Below, in pieces: positions 53,150 through 64,000 of a stretch of DNA of 64,000 bases. Each line of letters opens with the position of its first letter. The stretch's first letter is position 1. The notes under the pieces are model-generated. The model did not search any database and was not told the origin of the DNA. It saw nothing but the letters and a program-made list of their open reading frames with translations. This DNA is from the human T2T-CHM13v2.0 reference genome, Homo sapiens. Position numbers and translations under genes: made by a program. The DNA is taken from assembly GCF_009914755.1 (NCBI RefSeq), contig NC_060944.1. One strand, 5' to 3'.

Positions 53150-54240
53150 AGAATGAGAAGAGAGTAGCAGCCAGAAGGAAGGGTGTTGAAGAAGGTCGCA
53201 GGCGAGAGAGAGAGGATGGCAGGCCCAAAGGCCTAGATTAAGCCCAGTGTGACTGGACACAAAGCGAGGGGACAGACGAGAGGGGAGGGCAGAAGATAGG
53301 AAGTGACTAAGCCCACAGGGCCTGGACACAATGGAAGTCATCTGGTTTTTATCCTGTGGGCAATGAAGAACCTTGAAGGATGCTAAACAGGTGAGGACAC
53401 TGCCATATCTGCATTGTAGAAGGATCTGTCTGACTGCTGCCTGCAGGACGGATAAGAGAGGACAGGATGGCTGTGAGATTCACTGGGTGGGAAGATTAGA
53501 ACAGGATTGGTGGCAGAAGATGATGGTGAATTCTGATCTGGACCCGTGGAGTTCAGATGACTGTGGGATGTGGGACTACCAAGTGAGGGTGTCCAGGAAT
53601 GAATTGACAACATGAACCAGGAGTTTGCATGAGCCAACTGGGCCTAGGTTATAGATGAGGGAGTCTTCAGTCATTGCCAAGGATAAAGTAGAGGGAGAGA
53701 AGAGAGGGGAACCTGGAATGGACATGAGACACCCAACATGTCAGCGGCCAACAGAGGAAGGGAAGTCAGCAAGGGAGCCCGAGAAGGGAATCACTGGAGA
53801 GATGCAGGAAAACAAACTTCAAGAGGTGGTCTACAGAAAATTAGAGCAATAGCAATATTGAATATGGTCAAGAGCCTGAGGGCATGAGAACTCAAGTCAT
53901 TCAATGACTGTGGAGCCCATTGCTGACTTTAGAGAGAGCAGTTTCTGAGACCCTTCTTGGGGCAGCAGCCAAACTGAAATGAGTAGGAGAAGGGGTTGAG
54001 GAAGTGGGAGTGGAGATAGGAAGTGTAGGCAACTGTTGAGAAAAGTTCTCTGTGAGTGGGATACAGTGGGATCATAGATGGGAAGGTGTGGGATTTGGGG
54101 CAGAGGGTGTTCTAAGCAGAGAGACTTTGGGGTGTCCTAAGCAGAGAGAGACTCGGACGTGTGCAAATGCTGTGGGGGAGGACCCAGGAGAGAAGAAATT
54201 AAAAATACAGGAAAGAGAGCTATTCGGGGAAGGAGTGGGT
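53150..54240 (-). mobile_element. L2 fragments
   Basis: ggtttttatcctgtgggcaatgaagaaccttgaagg...tgactttagagagagcagtttc, reverse L2 body; further + strand L2 pieces at ~30540-31200, 38250-38940, 54300-54650 and 57400-58040. Confidence 0.6.
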
Positions 54241-54819
54241 CATTGAGTGTCCGTCACTTACCATCACACAAAGCACTTTCCATATGCCTTTAATATTTAA
54301 TTCTCCCAACCTGTCTGTGGTTTCACAGAGCTGTGCTCACTTCCTTCACAGCACTCTGTAAATGATTTTAATTATTCTTTGGCTTGTTTATTGACTCCCT
54401 TTCCCACTAATCACTAAGCTCCACACAGGGACTTCCCAGTCTCCATCACCTCTGTCTTATCTTGCTTTGTTTCATCATGACACTTACACTCCCTGACACT
54501 GTATTATTTGTTACTCGCTTTTTGTCTGTCTCTCCTTTCCCCCACAAAAAATGTAAACTCCAGGGCAGATAGGACAAAGTCTGCCTTGCTCTCTACTGTG
54601 CTCCCAAGCCTACCACTGTGCCCAGCTCATAGTAGGCACACAATAAATATCTGTGGGAAGAAAGAGAGAAAGAGGGAGAGAAAAGAAGGAGTATGAGAGG
54701 AGAGAATAGAGGGAAAGAGTGAGGGAGGGGAAAAAAGTAGGAGAGAAAGAGAAAAAGGAAGGAAGAAGGGAGAGAGGGAAGGAGAGGCAGAGAAGGAAGA
54801 AAGGAGAGAAAGGAAAGGA

Positions 54820-55322
<503 letters not shown>

Positions 55323-57629
55323 TCATGACAACTTTCGGAGGTAGGAACTACTGTTCTTTTTTCAGAAATGAAGAAATTGGGCTCCATAGAGGTTTTAAGG
55401 CCTGTCAGAAATCACACAGCTGGTATGTGGTAGTGCCAGAGTTGAAAGCCAACGATAATGGTTTTGTTTTTGTCTGCTTTTCCTAAAACCCCGAGCTGAA
55501 TTCCTGCACCACAAGCCTCTGGGGATGATCATTAGTCCCTCCCTCCACTTCTCCTCAGGACCACAGGCCAAGGACAGGGGCTGACAGAGTTCATCGGGTG
55601 TTCTAGAACCATCCCCCGGCTGCTGTCCTGCAGAAGGAAGGGGAGACATTGGTGGCAGAAGGGAGGAGAGTTTTCCCCAGAGAGCTGGTGGCTGGGACTT
55701 AGCAGAAGGACAGTTGAGAAAGAGATTTGAGAGAGAAGATTGACAGGTCCCGTGGCATGGGATGTGGGGTGGGAAAGAGCGAGAGGCACGTGAGGGGCTC
55801 GCAGGTTTCAGGCTGGGGAAAGGGCAGTTGCGCTGCTGACAGCTGAGACACAGAAAATAGAAAGGGTGCATGTGGGAAGGGAGGTGGCTTCCATGTTGGA
55901 CATGCTGAGCAAGTGGGGTTGGTGGGACACCCATATGGTAGTGTCCAACAGCAAGCTCTGGGGAGCAGTCCCAGCTGGGGAGAGAGGCCTGGGACAGTCA
56001 GTGCAGCCCTGGATCGATCGTAGGGGTGCTCTTGCTGAGGGCAGCATGCTGAGCATGGGGCTGTATCAGCCCCGTGGGCCCCGGGAGAGAAAAGCAGTCA
56101 GAGGAGCAAGCAGTGGGTGTCCCTCTCAGCTATGCGGGGCAGAAGCAAAAGACAAGATGAATGAGCTGCTCTGTGTGTTTGCATGACAGAATATTTTGCA
56201 GCCTCCCTGGATAAACAAGCTGTCATCCACCACCCAACCCTCTGTCAACTGAAGCAGCTTGGGGAAAAGATAATGCTGCGGGTTTGGACTCTCTCCTAGG
56301 CTGCCAGTGCCCTAATTACTACACAAGCAAAACAAGCCCACAGAGTTGTAGGCAGAGAGGGGCTTGCTGGCCGACTAGGGAGGAGTGTCACTTTCCCAGT
56401 CCCAGGGAGGGGTGGAAGATAAGCACTAATGTTTATTGAGCACCTACTGTGTGCCAGACACTTGGCACATGTCATCTTATTTAATACAGTTCAAGTATCA
56501 TCCCCATTTTGCAGATGAGGAAACAGAGGCTCAGAGAGGCCTGATAATGCACTCAGTTAAAGGACTCACTCCAAGGTCTTCCCATTGCACTTCACTGCCT
56601 CCCTGGAAAATGTCCAGGTTTGGTTTCCTCTCTTCTTTCCCAATCCTGCAGAATCAAATCCAAAGGCGTGTTCATGACTTTGCAGCTCTATTGACTCTTT
56701 TTGTTTCTTTCTAAGACGTCTATTTGTAAGAAATAAAATTGTTGGGCTCAGCAGCAGGACAATAACTATAAAGAAATCTGCCATTAGCAGCACAGACTTT
56801 AGCTCCCAGCATTACTGTATATTCAAAGTAGATTCCCAAAACATCATTTGACACAAACAGTCATTCCAAAAGGACTCCATTTGCCTCCTTCCTCCTGCCC
56901 CGCCTCAGGCACGCCTGACCAAGGTCGAATGAAGAAGAGGAAAGGAGGTGAGAGAAGACTCCAAGCAGCCAGGGGCAGCTGAGAAGGAACTAGGCTGCCC
57001 TGCTAGGAGATGGCAGCAGTCCCCTGATTCAGGGGACAGATAAGCTGATTCTTCCCACCCCATCCCCTTCCTGACCTGATAGATGGGGAAACTGAGTTTC
57101 AGAGAGGAGCAGCGACTGGCCAGTGATGGGATTAGATCCCAAACCCTTTGACTCCCAGCCCACAGTGATCTTCCAACACAACATGCAGCTTCGTCAGAGG
57201 CCAAGAAATCCATTTATAAGGAAATTTTGTATGTGCATTTCATTTGTATGATTTAATTTTTTTACCTCAAAAAGAATTATAATATATAGCTTTCAATGCA
57301 AATGGGAAAAGCTTACACATCTTCATATAAAGAGAAGGAATATCCAAAAAGTAACAAGAATGTTCCTAGTGCTGTCTTTCATAGTAAATTTGCATGATTG
57401 TACACCACACTCCAGCCACAATGATCTTTTTCTTAGTTCCTCAAAGCCCCCAGCCTTGTTCCTACCTGAGGACCTTTTCATTTGATATTCCCTCTGCCCA
57501 GAACTCATTTCCCTAGGCTTACATGGCTGGATTTCTCTTGTCACTGAGATCTCAACTCAAATGTCACCCCCTCTCAACAGTCTTCCCTGACCACCCTCCT
57601 TCAGGTAACCATGCTGTCAATCCCCATAA

Positions 57630-57817
57630 CAATGGGTGTCAACCCTGGGCATGGTCACTTCCACCTGCATGGCTTAAAATACAGATTGCTGAGCTCCGTC
57701 CCCCACAGTTTCTAATTTAATAGGCCTGGGGTGAGTCCTGAGAATTTACATTTCTAACATGATCCAAGATTGTGCTGATGATATTGGTCCAGGAATCACT
57801 TTGAGAGCCACCGCCCT
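57630..57817. mobile_element. MER5A-like element inside L2
   Basis: aaaatacagattgctgagctcc...aggcctggggtgagtcctgagaatttacatttctaaca...ctttgagagccacc. Confidence 0.75.
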
Positions 57818-58039
57818 ACAACATCACCCTGTTTTATTGTCTTCGTGGTGTTTATCACAATCTGAAATTATCTTAGGCATCTATTCAGTTTCTTTATTAT
57901 GGCTTGCCTTTTTTACTGATTAGGAGCTCCTGAGAGAAGGGTGACTGTCTGTCTTGTTTATTGCAGTATCTCCAGGACTCAGAAGAGAACCAGGTATATG
58001 ATAAATGCTAAATGAGTATTTGTTTAATGAATAAATTAG

Positions 58040-58416
58040 TGAGTGGGTGAATGGGCGGATGGTGGAGGGTTGGAAGAAGAGGGAGGGAGAAAGAGAAATG
58101 AATGGATGCATGGGTGATGAATGGTGGATACATAGGGAATGGATGGCTGTGGGTGGGCGGGTGGGTGGGTGGATGAATGAATGGATGGATGGAAAGATGA
58201 GTGGGGGGGTGGATGGATGGATAGATGGATGGATGGACGAACAGATGGATGGATGGATGGATGGATGGATGGATGGATGGATGGATGGACGGATGGATGG
58301 ACAGACGGATGGATGGCTGGATGGACGGATGGATGGATGGATAAAGGGGTGGGTGTGTGGATGGGTGGATGGGTGGACGGTGTGGGTGGGTGGATGGATG
58401 AATGGATGGATGAATG
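58040..58416. repeat. (TGGA)n/(GGGT)n degenerate microsatellite at an L2 3' end
   Basis: Long ggat/gggt array following L2 terminal aaatgagtatttgtttaatgaat. Confidence 0.95.
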
Positions 58417-59267
58417 TATAATTATCTCATTCTCTGGATTCCCACCTCTGTATATGTCATCTTTGTTCCACTCCAAATTGATCTACAGGTAAAACCAATC
58501 TCATTTTTGATTTCCAAAATTTCAACTGATAGAAGCAAGACCATGAAACATTTTGCCGAGGATCTTGAGGGGCCATGGCCAGGAGACACATATGACAAAA
58601 TAGCAAATGACATAAAACTGCACACAGGCATACCGCTCTTAAATGCCCTTTCAGCTACCCCATCACCTGCAAGTGGTCCCCAGCTTTCTGCCATCTTGAA
58701 GTCTCCTCTCTCCTCCTCCTCTGCTTCATCTTCCTCCTTTTCCTGTTCTTTGTCACCTTCTCAAAGATCTAAAAATAATAATCTTTTGCATTTTCCCATG
58801 TAGAGCAGCTAAACCATGATTTTTTATTGCTTGAGATTCCCAAAAAGACCAGTGCACTCCCTCTGTCTTCAAAAATTCCTGCATCTTTGAGACTCAGGCA
58901 AGTCATACCTTCCTCCTCCATCTTTTTTGTAGCCTCCTGGAAGCTATCCCTTATTCAGTGAAGTCTCCTGGAAGCTATCTCTTATTCAATGAAGTCTTCA
59001 GTCCCAGCTGAATGACTTCATCGTTAGTGACTGCAGAAGACAGGTCAACTGCTGATAGCCAGGTGAGAAGAGGAGGTAAGAGGTCTAATAAGAGTGAGAA
59101 AAGCTTTAAATAATTGCTGTGAATGGTAAAGGAATGAGCTGGCTGGAGAAACACAAGCCCAGCTCTAGAAACTACAGTTGGAGTTGGTGATGAGTAAGTC
59201 AAAGAATAAAGAATCCAAGATGTGAAGAGTTATCCAAATGCTTTCTTCTCTATTCTCTTAGTCACTT

Positions 59268-59670
59268 TGTTAGCTTCCAATTGCTTCTGTAACAAATTAC
59301 CACGAATCAGTGGCTAACAAGGAAACAAATGTATTATCTTACACTTCTGGAGGTCAGAAGTCCAAAGTGAGTCAGCATGGCTGTGTTCCTTCTAGGGAGA
59401 GCATCTGCTTCCTTGCTGTTTCCAGTTTCTGGAGGCTGCCTACATTCCTTGGGTCACAGCCCCTTCCTCCATCGTTAGAGCCAGCAGTGTAGCATCTTCA
59501 AAACACACACACTTTCTCTCTTTTTCTCTCTCTCTCCTTCTCTCTCTCACTCACTCACTCTCCCCCACCCCCTACTCCACTCCCTGATCTCTACAGAGCA
59601 ATATATTTGCAGGTTTCAGGGTTGGAACATGGCATCTTTTGGAGAGTGGGGCACATTATTCTACCAGTCA
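59268..59670 (-). mobile_element. MLT1 (C-like) LTR with an internal deletion
   Basis: tgttagcttccaattgcttctgtaacaaattaccac...ttctggaggtcagaagtcc...ttctggaggctgcctacattccttgg. Confidence 0.7.
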
Positions 59671-60604
59671 CCAACTGAGACAGTCACTTCCCACATTTCA
59701 ACATCATCTGGAACCACTTCCTCTAAAGTCATTAATCCATGCATCCCACCATGGTTATGGGGTTTAAACAAGTATCGTATTTAAGAGAGAAACCTTTAGA
59801 CTAGCTGCATTAGGCTTAACCTTGAGCAAGTCATTCTACTTCCTGAACCTCAGTTTCCTAACCCAGAAGATGAGCTTTAAAACTAATAGAACAACTAGCA
59901 GTGTTTTATTTGCTATGTGCCAAGCATTGTCTGAGTGGCTTGCATATGTCATCTAACTTAAATCTCCCTAGAGCCCTATGAGTACAAATGAGGAAACTGA
60001 GTCCCAGGCTGGTTATATAACTGCCTGAGGTTGAGGTTGGTGATGAGCAAGTCAAGGAATAAAGAATCCAAGATGTCCCTGCAACCTCCTCTCCTTCCAG
60101 CCTGCATGCCCAAGCAACCCATTGCAGCCATTCTTCAATCTTATCAGGACCTCCAGACTATCCACCTTTCCTCTTGCTCCCATCCACAAGCCCTGCCTCT
60201 CTTCCTTTCCTCCCTTTCTCATTTGGATCCTGTGATCTATCATTACTAAAATGCCTCACCCCTCCATATCTCCATCACACCTATTGGCAATAACCCAATC
60301 TTGGATGGGCTTCCATCTTCCTCCTCCATGCTGTCACTGGGGAAACACTGCTGGACAAAACCACACAACAGTACATGTAAATCTTCAGTGTCCATCACAA
60401 CTTTACCATGGAGGCATGGGAAGACTGAGAAGCCAATGGAGGGTGTTAAGCTTGGAAGTGACTCCATCAGAATTGTGGAAAGGTCACCTCTGCAACAGGA
60501 TGGAGAACAGATTGGAGGAAGGAGGCAGGGAGATGAAGGAGTGACCCCTTCACCCCAGCACCTCACCTTATTCTCCATGCTCGGTGGTTGTTCACACTTA
60601 GCAT

Positions 60605-60973
60605 TGTATTAGTCCGTTTTCACGCTGCTGATAAAGACATACCCGAGACTGGGTAATTTATAAAAAAAAAAAAAAAAAGAGGTTTAATGGACCCACAGTT
60701 TCATGTGGCTTGGGAGACCTCACAATCATGGCGGAAGGTAAAAGGCACGTCTTACGTGGTGGCAGGGAACAGAGAATGAGAACCCAGGAAAGGAGTTTTT
60801 CCTCATAAACCCATCAGATCTCGTGAGACTTATTCACTACCACAAGAAAAGTATGGAAGAAACTGCCCCCATGATTCAATCATCTCCCACCAGGTCCCTC
60901 CCACAACATGTGGGAATCCTGGGAGCTACAATTCAAGATGATATTTGGGTAGAGACACAACCAAACCACATCA
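60605..60973 (-). mobile_element. THE1 (B-like) solo LTR
   Basis: tgtattagtccgttttcacgctgctgataaagacatacccgagactggg...gggagctacaattcaagatg...ccaaaccacatca; perfect TSD agcat at 60600-60604 and 60974-60978. Confidence 0.95.
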
Positions 60974-61782
60974 AGCATCCTCCTCCTTTCCTCTTCTCTA
61001 ATATTCCTGCAGTTCCTCATATCACTGGTATACATGTCTTCTTCCTTGGCTAGACAGGCAAGACGCTTAAACAAAGGATCTAAGTTCAAGTTTAATCTTT
61101 TCACTGACAAGTTCTGTTAACATAGACATTTACTTCATCTCTCTGAGCTTCAATATCCTCATATACTTTTGACACTCAACAGAAAAAAATACTGAATGAC
61201 TTAAACCTGTGATCAATAGTGCTACAACATTCATAAAAAGTGCCTTGCAAACCATACAGCACCCTGTGATTATTACCTACTATCATTATCCCTAGTTTGT
61301 AGTTGCTTTGAAAGCAGGGTTCAAAACTTACTTGTGTTTGCCTCCATCCCACCCTTGAGGAATAAGGAAACCACTGGGTGTCACACTAATGAACATTTAA
61401 AGAAAGTGTAAAACAACACCAAGGCTGCCCTTTTAAAGCCTTCTCTTTCCCCTTCCCAAGGTGATCTATGCTCTGGTTTGATTTTTCTCTGCTCTGAACG
61501 ATCCACTCTAACCCATGTTCAGAAATTAGTCTGTTTACACGGAGGTGCCTGCCTCCTGATGGCAAGCTCAAAAGACCAAACAGTGAAGCATTAGAAGGCC
61601 CTGGTAAACATGAAGATCTTGAGAATTCGATTTTGATTTATTGAACAGGATAATCCAGTGCCATTTTGTTCAGAGAGTTTGGTTAACACTGCTCTTCTGA
61701 GGTTGTTATCCCAAATTCCCTGGAGATCCCAGAAGTGAGGCCTCTTCTCAGAGCCATCTGGTCACCCATGTTTCTACAACTA

Positions 61783-62147
61783 CAGATGGTCCCTGAATGA
61801 TGATGGTTCGACTTACAATTTTTTTACTTTACCATGGTGTGAAAGCAATGTGCATTCAGTAGAAACTGTACTTTAACTACCCGTACAACCATGCTGTTTT
61901 TCACGTTCAGTACAGTATTCAATAAATATGTGAGATATTCAACACTTTATTATAAAATGGGTTTTCTGTTAGATGATATTGCCCAAATGTCAGCTAACGT
62001 AAGTGTTCTCAGCACGTTTGAAGTAAGCTAGGCTAAGCTGAGATGTTCAGTAAGTTATGCATTTTAAATGCATTTTTGACTTACACTATTTTCAACTTAC
62101 AATGGGTTTGTTGAGAAGTAAGCCCATCATAAGTGAAGGAACATCTG
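61783..62147 (-). mobile_element. MER47A (TcMar-Tigger MITE), full length
   Basis: Inverted termini cagatg.../...catctg, TA duplications at 61781-61782 and 62148-62149, 365 bp, internal match to recalled MER47A. Confidence 0.85.
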
Positions 62148-63629
62148 TACCTCCTTTTCCCATTAGGGGCAGAAGCAATTACTACCCAGATCACTCTCGC
62201 ACATCCAGGCACAAAATTGCCTTGGAATTACTTTTCAATTTTAAGAGACCCTGGAGCACCTAGCCCAGGAGCTGTCACTCTCTGCAATTAAGGGGAAAAA
62301 AAAAAAAAAGAAAACCTTAAATGATGCACTGTTTGCCCTGTTGGGGGAAGAAAGAAGCAAATAGGGCTTAATCAATCCCCACCTCAGGATTAGACCTCAG
62401 CAGCTTTGAGGCTTGGACCTACTGAGTGATTCTAGGTCTGGAAAATTTACCTCTGAGTCTCCCAGGCTTGCAGCATCACTTGGGAGGGCACTGCAGCTGT
62501 TTTTCCCCAGTTAGTTGCCAGAGTGTCCAAAACAGTCATGGAGGGGTGGGGAAGGTGTTGCAACTGGAGGGGTGGCAAGGTGTTGCATAACGACTCCCAA
62601 GAGAGTGGCAAAGGCCATCTTTTCTCATCCTAGGCATCCTAGGAGCCTGTGCATCTAGTTCTGTGGCAGTATTCTGTGCCATCTCATGCTCTGTGTAACT
62701 GGCTTCCCTTCCTGAAATTTAAATCTGGAGCAAAGGGACAAGGAAACCACAAAAATATTGGGGGGAAGGAGGGTCTATCCCATCCCACACTGTTCCTGCT
62801 TCCTACCGTTAGAAGCTGCCTCAATTCGGACACCTCGTTTTCCAGCCCCTGCCCATTTGGAAGGCTCTGACAGCATCCATTTTGTAAGAGTTCACTAGAA
62901 TTGGTTTCTGAACCTTTTAATCTGGTCCTTGGGGAAAGCAGAACCATATTCTCTGAATTCTCCTCTGTGTTTCCCTATGTGTTGATGAAATAAACATCCA
63001 GCAAAGAGGTTGACTTCTTGGACACATTTGCCCCAGATGATATGGGACTGAACTACTTAACTACTTCCCCTTTCCCTCTGCAGCACATACGCACCAATGT
63101 ACCAGGTGGAGAATAACTACTCTCTGTCCCAGGCCCCCAGGGGCAGGACAGAAATTGCTGATATAGCTGCAACCTCAGTGATCTTGCCTGCCTTATGAAT
63201 TTCACTCCTACTATCAATTGTTTAAATAGTGAGCAAGAAAAATGACTCTCGAAGTAAAACAATTTGGCAAAAGCAACTCATGGTCTTTAGCTATCTCCGA
63301 AGAAGCAGAGTCAACCCCTGCACCACTGAGATGCATCACAGTAGGGGTTCCCGGAGGACGCAAAATGCAACTCTTATCTACAATTTGGGACCCTTATTTC
63401 TGCCTGAAGTTCTTTCTATTCATCTCAAGGAGCATCACAACATTCATGTAACTGTGATTAATCAAGTATATGTGGAAGTAAATCTACCCAGCTCCCCAGC
63501 TCTGTGTTTCTCTTGCCCTGAGAGAGAGCCTACCATCTTCCTCAATGAACTCAGAGTATAGTCCATCATCCAACAGACAGCCTTCCACTAAGGATACCCA
63601 GGGGTTCCCAAGGCATTCTGTACAACACT

Positions 63630-64000
63630 TCTCTCTAGTGGTCAGAGTAGGCTAACTGATATGATAGACAACACCCAAAGTCTCAGTGGCATAACACAAG
63701 GAAGTTTGTTTCTCATATCACAGTACAACACAGGTCGGTTGGGGAAGTGGACATTTCTACTCCATACAGTCATTCAGGGACCCAAGCCCTTTCCATCTTG
63801 TGGTTCCACCCTCCCCTAAATACTTGAAGTTCTCTCCATTTTGACATCAGATGATGAAAGAGATAGAATGTTGAGAATTGCATGGGTGATTTTTATGGTC
63901 CACATTGGGAATTGGTCTAATTGCTTCTGCCCACATTTCACAGGTCAGAACTCAGTCACACAATCTCATCTCATTGCAAACAAGTCTGGGAAATGTAGTC
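63630..64000 (-). mobile_element. Old MLT1 (K/L class) LTR running off the window end
   Basis: tctcagtggcataacacaaggaagtttg...agtcattcagggacccaagc...cttctgcccacatttcacaggtcagaactcagtcac. Confidence 0.65.

Noticed and set aside
55395-55934. 179-aa minus-strand ORF
   Set aside because: Pro/Ser/Leu-rich, no homology that I recognise, and it ends in MIR sequence.
58036-58492. MDGW- and HPSI-repeat ORFs
   Set aside because: Artefacts of the (TGGA)n microsatellite.

Overview
Primate, very likely human, repeat-rich intergenic or intronic DNA; a right arm matching my recalled AluYa5 consensus supports human origin. I find no spliced protein-coding gene, CpG island, rRNA, tRNA or CRISPR. Two retrocopies are clear: a full-length 7SL RNA pseudogene (6241-6544) and a processed cyclophilin A (PPIA) retrocopy with an intact 165-codon ORF (14795-15292), joined directly to the tail of an AluJ. 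The rest is Alu, MIR, L2, L1M, MaLR (THE1/MST/MLT1), ERVL (LTR16/LTR33/MLT2) and DNA-transposon fossils, plus a few repeat-free blocks that may be enhancers. The least expected signal is a recurring set of short sequences copied from 0.85-1.5 kb away. The clearest case is an Alu (9231-9799) whose middle ~40 nt were replaced by two inverted templated pieces, one from downstream and one from upstream, joined by 1-2 nt microhomologies. A very young AluYa5 arm nested in an older Alu and a degenerate 24-bp array also merit follow-up. I see no evidence for a new protein-based system. Repeat subfamily names come from recalled consensus sequences and need RepeatMasker/Dfam confirmation; boundaries without TSDs are approximate. 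My recollection that a 7SL-pseudogene/PPIA-pseudogene pair lies on human 20q near PTPRT is unverified.
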